Source: Diadema antillarum (Eukaryota). From it: a DNA stretch of 64,000 nt. This document shows positions 52,701 to 64,000 of this stretch, piece after piece. Below the pieces are notes generated by a model, which did not search any database, was not told the DNA's origin, and worked only from the letters and a program-made list of their open reading frames with translations. The DNA is taken from the NCBI RefSeq assembly GCF_040938485.1, contig NW_027271445.1, positions 992,001 to 1,056,000 of the forward strand. The letters are read 5' to 3'. Numbering within the stretch: position 1 is the stretch's first letter; each line of letters starts with the position of its first letter. The position numbers and the translations under genes were made by a program.

Positions 52701-55700
52701 GCATAGTTCTGTGCAATTTAATATTGTGGACCTTCTATCCTTTGGGTTTTTTTTGTAAGTCGGGGAAGGATCGATAGATCCACAGAAATCTTGGATAGGG
52801 CAGCCGCATTTGGCACGAATTAAATGGGTGCAGCTGATTTGATAGGCGGGTAATGGGAAATTGATTTGAGAGTTGGTCAGGATGATAAAAAAAGAATAGA
52901 ATTTGATTGAAGCATATGGCCATTATTTGTAAGTGTACTTACCATCTCGAAGAGGGTGAATTATGGAGGATTGTAAATCTGATTGAAATGCTTAGATCTC
53001 CATCTCTTTGAGTCTATTTTGCCGGGTTTTGATTGGAGATGTGTAGAAGGATTTTGTTCTGTTTCGTTTTCGTTGTGGATCTAAGAGCATCGCAGGGCGA
53101 GATCTAGGCACTAGAATTATGGATTTCCCCCGAGCCCTTCAACTATAAAGTATTAGACTACTACAGAATACTACACACGATCTCTTTAAGTGCCTAAAAT
53201 TGTTGGTTAAGGGGAAAAAAAAGAGAAGAAGAAGATGTAGAGGAGGCGGAGAAATTCATCATTCTTTTAAATGTCATCTGCAACAATTTACATTCAAATA
53301 GGGGGAAGAATAGGAGGAATGAGAATGAGCGCAATTACGGTAGAGGGGAAATGACAATGGGCCGAGGATTATGCCATGGAGGGTAGACATATTTTGGTCT
53401 TGAAGACGTAGTACTGTAACATACTGTTGCCATTTGTAAAAATATGCAGTGTGCCTATGCGTGGACTTGAATTTGGGATTTCTGAGCACCAAGAAGGGGA
53501 TGGAACGAGACAGGAAAGGGTTAGGTTGGGAGTTGATGGGTGAGTGGCAGGGGAGGGGGAGAGGGAGAGATGGGGGAGGTTAAGATCTGGCGTGTCGAGA
53601 ATGCATTCATGCATCCGCTGAGCCATGGCAACCCGGTGACATCTCAATGTGACAACACAATCAAAACAGTGGGATATGGAGGCATGCATAATGTAGGAGG
53701 TGAAGGGAAGAGATGCGGGCAGGCAAACAGGTGCACGGATGCACAATCCTTGCCGTCATTGCTGGCGGGCAAGGAGTAAGGGGGGGGGGGGGGGAGGGGG
53801 AGAGGGGTAATAAGGATGGACTCCGCCCGGAAGATGAGTGCTCATGATTGTGCCCCTGCCCTGCCTAATCTTCCTTGTATCTATCAATCAAGATACAGTG
53901 TAGTTGTAAAGCGTAATTGCCGGATCCGTTCTCCGGCAAGCACCACATCGACATTTTGGAGGAAAGGGAAGGGATGGGATAGGATTGGGGGGGGGGGGTT
54001 AGAATCACGGGATGGAGACTACTGAAATTTAGAGATGGCGTTCTCTGGAGGGCAGTGAATGTTTATTCTTACCTTCAGGTCATTACTGGACCTTTTTGGT
54101 GTGCTTCATCCACGTCACTCACGCTAAGCTAAAGGAGGTAGTCTGTATTTCTCTTTACTCGGGGGAGGCCCTCTTGAGTTGCAGCCAAAATTCTGTGTGG
54201 AGATTGCAGTCCGAGCCAAAATATATGGTGTACCTCTGTGTGTGAGAGTGAGAACAGAAAATGAAAGTGAGGATCCTGCCTTTTTCCCATGTGACACCAA
54301 AGCCATCTTCATTCTCTTTTAAACAAACATATTGTGCCTTAATCATTTTTATTTCTTTTTTTGTTTTGTGCTGCATTGAAGAGTAACACAAACTGCGTGG
54401 GCACCACAAATTGCCCATTCACACGACACATACTGGGGATCCTCATTATTTTAAGTACCTACAAACTGTAACAAGTACCTCGTTATATCAGGTTTGTCAT
54501 CATATCGGGGTACAAAAACAAATAGATTCAAAGAGTTGGGGACCCGCAAAAATGACTTTGCTATTAAAAAGGGTTTTGTTATATCCAACTGTATAACCAA
54601 GCCCCATTGTACAGTGTACCATCATCTTAAGCCACCATGAGCTTCGATCTCCCAATATCCACTCCTGCCTATCAAAGAAGAAGGTTGCCTCCATGAATGG
54701 GTACCTTTTAATGCAGTGCAGCCCTAGTTTGTGAATGGTCATAAGGGAGTTATGTATATGTAAAGGTAACTGATAGACAACAAAGGTTATCATTATTATC
54801 AGTAGAATGATGCAGCATGACTACAGGATAAGAGTCTATTCTGGTTGTCACTCTGAGGGGATAGTGAAACAGTTTGCTGTAAAGGATACCCCTCCCCATG
54901 ATGATAGAAGTGATTGAAAAGGAACATTTGTAAGAGTTGATTTTCAGGGGTGATAATTCAGATGATGAAATGTGACATCTTTTGGTCCATTTCCTGATGA
55001 TCAACCATATGCCAGCTGTTCATTGATACCACTTAAAAAAAGGTCCTTTAATTATTCTATTTTATCATTATTATTATTTTGTTGTTTACATTTTACCAGT
55101 AGCCTGCACCCCCTTGCTCTTTTTTGTTTCTCCTCCTTCTCCCCCCTTCCATCTGTAATGATTTTTCATCTGAGCTGCTGTCATTTGCAAAGTGGTTTTC
55201 ATGAAATATGATGAAGCTACAACATTTAAACTCGAAATAGCCACGGGATGATAACAGAAAGTTGGGGGAACGCCAGGGGAGTGGATGACATGCACATTGG
55301 GGCTATTACCCTCAAGAATGGCTTCCTTAAGGTGAAGCGTGGGAGGGCAGTGTCCAGAAACACACAAACAACGAGAGTGGATGATGGCATGGGAGGAGGA
55401 GGCGCAGAGGCCACCCCCTCCATCCGTCCGGAGCCTTGTAGCACCTCTCGCGCTCCTCGTCTTTGCAGTCGGTGAATGCAATTAGAGCGGAGCGGTGAGG
55501 GACGCCTTGCAGTCAATCATGGTAGGGCGTATGCCATCCCTGTCTGTTGCTCAGAAATATAAACAATGGAGAGGTTTATAGGAGTGCATTACTGGGCTTC
55601 ACATCTGTATGGATTTCAAATTGTGCCCTTCCTGTGGTGGTGAGATGTTTAACTGCATTCCCCCAAAACCATACAACTAATAACCCCTCATGATGGAAGG

Positions 55701-58369
55701 GGGGGGGGGGGGGGTAAAAATGTGAAATTGATACATACAAATCTAGTGAGCTGCAATACACCCCATATATTTTGCCAGGCTTGTTTTTTGTGAGTTTAGA
55801 GACTTGCTGTTTTGAAATTTACTTCTGGCAAAATATACTGCCTTGTTTACAGATAAATGCAATGACAAGAGCTGCAAAGGAAGACAATTACAAAGTTTTG
55901 TAATTTTGCCACTATGGTTCACATTCACAAAGATACTCACAGAATAGTCTTTCAGTGCTGATTAGCAAAATATTATATGTTCAAAATACATGGGGCATAC
56001 AGTAAGTAATTTGTAAGAAAGCTGCTGTAATCGATAAATACCTCTGGGCATTATGGTATATGAAACTAGGTGGGAGATGAGCGAATGATCAGAAAACAAT
56101 GGAGGAACTTTGTATAACTTACGTATCTGTTGTCCGGGAGATGAATCATGTAATTTTGAACAATTTCTACAGTGATTATGAATGCAATTTTTGCTTTAGG
56201 ATGACAGTTATGCTGCAATGACCCAACCTGAAAAGCTGTGACTGACTAAGTACTGCACAGAGTGACCTGTGTCTAGATAGAACTCTGGAGTGTTTCGTTA
56301 TGATGATGATGATGATGATGATGATCCAGTTTGACTCCGAGCACCACAATCATTACTTCAGTATGGAATGAGATCAGATTGAAAAGGGGGAATTTGATAA
56401 CCCATCAAACATTGTGGGCTGAGAAAAATTCTATTAGTAACCGAGTCATTTCCAAAGTTATGTGAAAGTAAGATGGGCAGTGGACACATCTTAGTTGTAT
56501 TTTAGAGTGATATCAACCAAAGGTCATATGAGAAGAACATGCTTTTGAGCTCTGCTCATATCCGGTAATGGTCGGCACCGAAGAGGCGTATAAACTTTCC
56601 TCTCCGATTACGGGGGTTGATCATGTGACCGGCTGCTAATATGCAATATTAGGGTCCGTGACTGAAACCAATTTCAGTGAGACAGGCAACATTGATCATG
56701 TGAGCTGGTGCTAGGCGATGGTCGGGCAGACAAATTAAACTGTCAGAGAGGTGAGTTGCATTGGCCAAGCCTCGGTAGAGGCTACGAAGAAAGGAAAAAA
56801 AAAAAACCAAAGGCAGTACCGGCCTCATTCCTTCAAAACATGGCAGAGACGTTCTCCGGCCGAGTCGTGATTGATACCTACACGTTTTCCCGTTCGAGCC
56901 GTGTACTCCTGGATGGTGACAGATGCTGAGGAAATGTATCGTCTGAGGTGACTCTCTGGTCCCGTAAAGCCTGTTTGAAACAGTGGATAAATGAACAAAA
57001 TGCATAGATGAACGAGTGAATGAATGAATTCAGTCACAAATAAATCATCTATCTAGGAAAGAATTTCAAAATTTTCAGCAATTCCAGGTATGAACTAAAT
57101 CTTCTTATCTGCAAATTCCTCTGAAAATCTGCACATCCTGGACAGCTCTTAGTTGATGAATAATACATGCTATTAAAGAAATTTGATTGAGTGTACAGTG
57201 CATAATCATATATTGTGATTTGTATTTGCAGTATATGGAAACAGAAATGTTAAGCCATCTTGGCATCAGCACCACACATTGTTTAAGTAAATACTATGGA
57301 AGCATAAACTTCTGAGAAAATGAAACGAAGAGAAACTGCAATAAGAGGCTGGAAGGATGCATCACCGTGGTAACCACTCAAAGAAAAAAAAAGGAACAAA
57401 TGATGAACACAGTTAGTACTTGGGCATTAGCGATCCATGGGCTGGATGAAGGATACGGAGTCACCGTTAAGGGGAGCAGGTTAGAATAATGAGTAGACTC
57501 GTGCTGGAAACGGATACCTCTCGCAAAGAGGAGAGAGCAGGACAAAAGGGGGGGAATACCGTGCGCGGAGGGGAAAAGTAAATCTAACCCCATTGCTGCG
57601 GATCGAATTTGCTTGAGATTGCAATCAATCAGAACCGGCAAATAATTGAAGTGGGGAGTTATTTGATTAAGCTAACCATTATTGATGGAAGAAAATGAGG
57701 CACACGTTTCAAGTTCCATTGCGATCTCCAACCCCACCCCTCCCCCTTTCCCTTCCAATCCTCAGTCTGTCCTTCCTGGGTCTTGTATATTTAGCATTCT
57801 GTACCGCACAAATATATAAGTATATTATTATGAGATCTGCCCCAATAACTGATTTCCCGTAAAACAGACCAAAAAAGAAAGAAAAATTGAGACTTTTCCA
57901 ACATTCCTAGCACATTATTGCGCATTTATTATTGTGCTCAAGACATTTTGGTGACAACGCTGTTGTTATGCTGCTAATTCCCATTTTGGAGCTTACACTG
58001 TAACTTCCACTCCCTGTAGATTGCCTGCTTGCTCTAAAGCACTCGAGTTTCATCATTTTGCAAGGAGCATCAGGCTAAATGAAAATTGCTAAATTATTAC
58101 TCAGTTAATATCGAACAAAAAGAAAGTGTTTTAGATAAGTATATTATGAATAAAAATAGGCTGAGCAGTTTGAAATGATCACATCTGCACATTGTGCTCA
58201 ATGCCATTTGGTTTTGTTTCACACACACACACACACAGAAAGAAATCTTTGACTGATGATTTCAGAGTATTAGAACATGCAGAGATGATTGCCCTAGAAT
58301 TGAAGAGAGTGCAGTGTATGGGTTAGCTTCTAGCTAGAGCTTCATACAGCAACATGTGCAAACCTGGCA

Positions 58370-58608
58370 TACTGTATAAGCTGTTACTGTCGCTTAAATA
58401 CATGATATATATATATATATATTTTTTTTTTTGCAAATGGGGAGTTCACAGACATTTTTGTGAGATGTTGTTTTCCGAATTGACACTGAGGCTAGCATAA
58501 GTGCAATATTATCCTTGACATTTTCGTGTGTTCTTAAATTTGCGGTCCAACGGTAATTTGCAAAATTTGTAAAAATGAAACCTTCACGAAAACAGCAGCT
58601 ACACAGTA
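58370..58608 (-). mobile_element. MITE with TACTGT..ACAGTA termini, related to 47122-47341
   Basis: Termini tactgtataagctg and cagctacacagta; internal ttgacattttcgtgtgttcttaaatttgc. Confidence 0.7.
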
Positions 58609-59291
58609 GCTCAGGTTGTTGCAAATAAACATGTATGAAGGGAAGTGCATACAGTCATCCCAATAGTTAGGCAATTGTTTTGCCAAATGGAGTGGTATTT
58701 TGTCTCTTTTGCTAGTAAAGGGACTTTTATTTTGATTTGATTTTATTTATTTTCTCCTCTTTTTTTCTTCCTTCCCTCGGTTATCTTTAAATCATAAAGC
58801 TTTTGAATAATGCATCCTCTTATTACCTTGGCAAAGATCGATCAGTGAGCTGCTCTGTCAGTAGTGCATTTCACCAGCACCTTGGGGAATCGTTCCAATT
58901 TTGGCCAAGCCCCCCTCCCTCCCCCCTTCCCCCATATTCTCGTCTCTGGGAGTGAAAACTTTAAGACGACGGGATTGAGAAACTCGTATTCAAGGCAGTG
59001 CATTTTAGGAGATAATCATGCTGGAGATGCATGACCGTCGATTACCGGCACATTTCTTTTTTTTTCTTCTTCTTTTCTTTCTTGTTTTTTTTTTTTTTTT
59101 TTGCATCCCGGCAGACTGTGGCAGGATATTTGAATGGCCCGTTTTCCTATTTGTCCGGACATGATAAAGGAGGTTCCATTTCACAGTGTATCCATTCAGC
59201 ATCAATCATTAGTGTAGCTTTGCAGCTTTTGAGCCTTTGAGCTGTTGTAGCTCCCTTTTGGTGTGTGCATTTTTTTTTCTTTTGATATGTT

Positions 59292-59355
<64 letters not shown>

Positions 59356-61278
59356 TGTGTGTGTCTGTGTGTGTACTCTCTTTTGTGGTACATCATTAAG
59401 GCTTCAGAGAAGAAAAGTGAGTTGCTCTTTAGGAGAGATATTGTTAGCCCTTTTAGGGAATAGATGAATCATCACCCTTTCTTCACATTTTCAAAGTCAC
59501 AGAAAGTGTTTTGAGAAGGTGGATCTTAAACTTTTTTCTTTCTTTTTTTTTCAGAACCCAATATGCAATAAAGATTTATCTTGACATGAATATGTACATT
59601 ATTCGATGGAGAGATATATGGATAAATAGATATATCGATGGACAGATATATGGATAGTTAGATATATTAGACAGCTATATGAATATATAGAGAAAAGAAT
59701 GAGATCAACACAGACAGAAACACTTACAAACATATAAATGAGCATATATATTTACACAGATATAGTCATTTGGATAGCAGACTTTAACTCTAAGAGTTAC
59801 CCAAAAATGCGTACGGTATATAATGTCGGTATGCCACTTTTGCAAGTTAGGGTATAAGGGAAGGAGGAGAGTTTCTATTGTAGCAAAAAGTTTGAGCTGA
59901 CATAAAGTCACGTGGGGGATGAGTGTCGCTTGCAATTCACCTGCAACTGATCACGTGACCACTTGCTCTGTCACTCTCAAGAGCAGCATATCTATACACA
60001 ATGTCAATGGGATTTGAGGATGGAGGTCCTACAAGGGTTAGTGAATGGGAGGGGTGAGGTTTTCTGCTGAGGGAGCCCATCCCCACAATCTTTCTCTTTT
60101 TTTTTGGGGGGGGGGGGGGGAGCTGAGATGAAACTTCGTTTACAACGTACTCTTGTACAACAAGTGTCTTCCAGGATGCTTTGACAGCAGTGTATACACC
60201 ATGCAGAGTGCACTATTAGGAGATGACTCTCATCAGCCAATCATTTCTCTAGGGTCTGGAGGTTTGGTATAAGCCAGGGATTGGGGGGGGGGGGGGGGGG
60301 GGGGGGGGCTTCAAGCCAGCATGGAGCACCTCACAGCAATTGAAAGCAAATCATATATTGATTTGATTGCAATCTTGCTTTGCCAGTCTCGAGCCAAAAA
60401 GTTTCCTCCGTTGAGCAACTAGAATGTTTTGAAAGATATTAGAAAAAGACAAACAAACCTAGAATACATTTTCAAGGCCATTTGCCATAACCAACCTTTT
60501 TTGTCAAAAGGTTAAAGTGTTTCAACTGATCACTATAGAGCTCAAGGTATTTGTAGAGAGCGGGCTGTGTAGAGAATATGCCAATTGATTTATTCAGGTA
60601 TTCCAATGCACAAAGTTTCGTTTGCTACTTTTTTTTTTCTTTGTATCAAGCAAAAAAAGAAGAGAGAAAAAAACAGACAATTACAGCTTTGATCAATTAC
60701 TGTGGAAGATGGGTAGTTATCGTAAGACAAAAGTTGTTTTTCTTGTGGGCTTTTCTTGTTGCAAAAAAAAAAAAAAAGCCTGTGCACCATACATATGTTT
60801 GTTGAAACTTACAGTGAGCTGGAGAGAGCTATTTAAAGGATTTCAAGTGAAATATATGAGCTTCTTATGTGGAAAGTAGATTAGGCCCTTCGGAGTATGC
60901 ACCATTAGTAGTAATGGGAGAGCTGACTGCTAAGTGCCTTTTCGTGGTTCCAAATTATGGACAGACATAATATAGAAGGGCTGGAGATGGGTAAATTACC
61001 CAAGCTATTAAAGCAAAGCCATCAAAAGAGTTTGGGGCCATCAAGCATTATCATGCCAACATATTTCCCCCAACAATTCATATGGCAAAAAGAAAGAAAA
61101 AAAGAAAGAAAAAAACACTCACAAAAAAGCATGAACAAAATGTGTAGGGTGTAGATGATAGGAGAGATGGGGGATACCAGATATTAGATGCTGGATGCGG
61201 GGCTGAAATGGCTCTCCGCTAACGAACTGCCTTTGTGGATCAGCCTGATATTAGATTTGTCGAAATTGTGGGAGTTAA

Positions 61279-61846
61279 AGGACAAGTTCACCTTCATAAA
61301 CATAAGGATTGAGAGAATGCAGCAATATTAGTAGAACACATCAGTGAAAGTTTGAGGAAAATTGGACAATCGATGCAAAAGTTATGAATTTTTAAAATGT
61401 TTGTGTTGGCACAGCTGGATGAGGAGACTACTATAGCTTATGAGTCATATGCGTACAACATTATAAAGAAAATGTAAAGAAAATTCAACATATTTTCACT
61501 TTTTTCGCATAATAAAAGAGTACTTGACTTGCCTCTTTCTAAGGGCAGGGGGAATAATATTTCCCATAACATATGTCGGTAACGAGTCAAGGGAATGTGT
61601 ACTTTTTTCAAAAGATGAAATTTTGTGAAAATCCCTTTATATTTTCCTTATATTGTTGTACGCATGTGACATCTAAGTTATTCATACACTGCAGTAGTCT
61701 TCTCATCCAGCGGTTACTGCACAAAAACTTCAAAAATTCATAACTTTTGAACGGATTGTCCGATTTTCCTCAAACTTTCAATGATGTATTCTACTGATAT
61801 TGCTACATTCTCTCAATCCTTATGTTTATGAGGGTGAACTTGTCCT
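61279..61846. mobile_element. Kolobok-like MITE, 568 bp, with TIRs of about 160-170 bp
   Basis: ttaa|aggacaagttcaccttcataaacataaggattgagagaatg... and ...cattctctcaatccttatgtttatgagggtgaacttgtcct|ttca. A TTAA target with RR..YY termini is the Kolobok pattern. Confidence 0.85.
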
Positions 61847-62460
61847 TTCATGTAAAACATACAGTCTCTTTCTCCCTTCCATGCAACATGTTCAACAGGA
61901 TGGCCATAACGCCTCTTGTGTGTTACGAAAAAAAAAAAAGAGAGTGGAAAATTCTGTGCAACCTGCATGTGAGTTTGTATTAAATGTTATAAAGTATACA
62001 GAAGGTCAGGTTTAGTCTTGGTTCACTCACATTTATCAGGAGTTTTCAGACAAATGGAACAAATTTGGACCTGTGTTGAGTTATAACGGTTGAGATTTTT
62101 GTACAAGAAATTTCACTAGATGTTTTAGCCTTGAGGTGTGTTGGTACAAATACAACCGTTGATGCCTTGCTTTTCTTTTTGTATCATACTTATTTGCATT
62201 TTTGGTCATGTTTCGTATTGAGTGCACTACAGTGCAACTTTCGAGGTACATATCTCCAAAGCTTACTTTTAGATTTTTTTTTTTCAGGTAATTTCAGGTA
62301 TATTGCATTTAATGAAACATTAGATATATCTGGTATAAACTCGTCTGCAGTGAAATTGAGCAGCAGACTTTTGAATGAAGAGTTTGAGTAGTTATGTATG
62401 CGATTGCACGATGGGTAGTAAATTGGAGGTGCAGTTTACCAAGAGGTAATCGAGACTGAC

Positions 62461-62676
62461 TATTGTAAAGCAAGAAATTTCACGAAATGTTTTTTTTTTT
62501 TTGCTAATAACAGCTGGTGGCTTTTTTTAGCAGCATGAAATTTTCATGAATTGTCACTGGCATTCAATGCATATAGTGCAGACAAGAACTTTCGCGTGCA
62601 TTTCGATTTCGCGAATTTTGGATCTCGCGTAATGCGCAAAACTAAAATACATGCAAAAATTTATGGTTTTACGGTA
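62461..62676 (-). mobile_element. MITE, inverted copy of the 36969-37178 family
   Basis: gcatgaaattttcatgaattgtcactggcattcaatgcatatagtgcagacaagaactttcgc is the reverse complement of 37044-37116 with scattered mismatches; termini tattgtaaa and ttttacggta. Confidence 0.8.
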
Positions 62677-63099
62677 AATCAACTGAAATGCATCCACTTG
62701 CGTTGTGACATTGCTTTTCCCACAATGTGAATGTAGGGGCACAAGGGAGTGCTTTATACATTACGGTCCGTTACGCAAACTGTTAACGCCTTGTAGTGAA
62801 TATACCAAAATGCTGGATCATCGTGCAGTGAAAGATTATTAAATTGTACAGAAAAACGTGCATGTTGCTTGTGTGTGTGTGTGTGTGTACACGTGTACAT
62901 ACGGTGTGTTTTGCCGTGGGGACGTAATACATATTCATCTATGTAGAGTGATTAATCTGTTCAGGCAGGTGAAACACGATGTACCTGAAAATGTTGTTCA
63001 TGCCTGTATGTATGTATATTTCATTGTTACTTCTAACATCATCTCTCCATTTCTCTCTCTCGCCCCCCCCTTACTCCCTCCCCCCCCCCCTTTTTACAG

Positions 63100-63163
63100 C
63101 CCCCAGTAGGAGCACCCAATTCACAAGCCATGATGCAATCAATGGACCCATCCAGGCAGCCGG
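63100..63163 (+). CDS. SSBP3: Ssdp/SSBP exon '8', 64 nt, phase 0-1: PPVGAPNSQAMMQSMDPSRQP+g
   Basis: Branch point ttctaac (63031-37), pyrimidine tract, acceptor ttacAG (63098-99), donor G|gtaaga (63164). Matches the recalled SSBP3 PPGGVPGTQPLLPNSMDPTRQQG, including the phase-1 end within Gly. Confidence 0.92.
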
Positions 63164-63186
63164 GTAAGAGGGTTGGTTTTTTTTTG

Positions 63187-63240
<54 letters not shown>

Positions 63241-63512
63241 GTGTTTTTTTGTTTTTTTTTGATAATATTCCTTCTCCGTGTTGTTTTGTGTGTTTAATCT
63301 GAATATTTCGTCAGCCATCGGAAAGCACCTGCCTTCCTCTTCCTGACTAGAAATTTCTCCCGTCAGCTTGCTTGTGGGAGACTACCGGTATTAGCGAGAA
63401 AACAGAAAGAAGTGTATACTAAAATGTGAAAAGGAGAGAGAGGGAGAGGGAGAGAGGAACATTGCTGGAATTGGGCATGAAAAGAGAAATGGGTTTGCCT
63501 AGATTTCTTGCT

Positions 63513-63548
<36 letters not shown>

Positions 63549-64000
63549 CTGTATGTGTGTAAGTGCATATGTTTGCACTGTGTATGTATGTTTTTTTTTT
63601 TGTGTGTGTGTGTGTGTTTGGGTGCGTGCTTTATGCAGTCACTTGGAGCAGGAGTTTGCGGGATTGACAAGGCTTTTAGTGCAGGGCGGGGCTGTCTCAT
63701 TTTTGAGTGCCTGTTGATTCGATAGCCCAAATAATCTCGTCCTGGGGACAAATGATTCATCCGTACCATACAGAAATGGACGACGGGGATATATCTCCCT
63801 TCTTTCTTGGACTGAAATGGAATTCAGAATCGTATTTCTGTGAGGGGAAAAATAGGCGCGGATTTTTTTTGGGGAAATGAGAGGAATGTAGAATGAAACT
63901 TATGGCATTGCGTAGTGTAGAAAAATTTGACAAACCTAAGCAGTTTTTGTCTTTGCTGTATCAGCATTTCAGCAAAATAAAGAAAAAACAAACAAACAAG

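Noticed and set aside
53917-53939. 8-bp hairpin ttgccgga/tccggcaa
   Set aside because: Too short to exceed chance in 64 kb.
1-64000. The roughly 200 ORFs in the supplied six-frame track as independent genes
   Set aside because: They are short, mostly translations of microsatellites, MITEs or N gaps, with no recognisable domains. The only real coding parts are the Ssdp exons embedded in a few of them.
1-64000. CRISPR arrays, rRNA, tRNA genes or autonomous transposase/reverse transcriptase ORFs
   Set aside because: None seen. The tandem repeats lack unique spacers, and the only tRNA-like sequence is the SINE head at about 19840-19912.

Overview
AT-rich eukaryotic (animal) genomic DNA with microsatellites, MITEs and three N gaps. 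An invertebrate deuterostome such as an echinoderm is plausible but is inference only. The window lies inside one + strand gene of the Ssdp/SSBP2-3-4 family (cofactor of Ldb1/Chip), with the start and end of the gene outside the window. Five short coding exons were found by eye, none called correctly by the ORF track: 9525-9611 (SAAGPNSVMGQLPQGADGMPGGPMPGFFQ), 15615-15689 (QPPASQPSPHAQPPHHGNPMMQQNQ), 26528-26569 (LSPHHNPNMMDGNQ), 39304-39366 (PFMSPRYPGGPRGPVRMPGNQ) and 63100-63163 (PPVGAPNSQAMMQSMDPSRQP+g). The intervening introns are 6.0, 10.8, 12.7 and 23.7 kb. The main finding is an apparent splicing-control system. The exon matching the vertebrate SSBP3 cassette exon appears duplicated (15615 and 26528, both phase 0-0, with synonymous divergence). 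The first copy has a NAGNAG acceptor and is followed directly by about 48 YCAY (NOVA-type) motifs. The exon at 9525 is preceded by about 1 kb containing a single AG, and other exons have distant branch points. The introns also carry RFX X-box motifs, CpG-rich islands, several MITE families (some as inverted pairs bracketing exons), a tRNA-derived SINE and a candidate recursive splice site. Vertebrate protein comparisons are from memory and need confirming by alignment.
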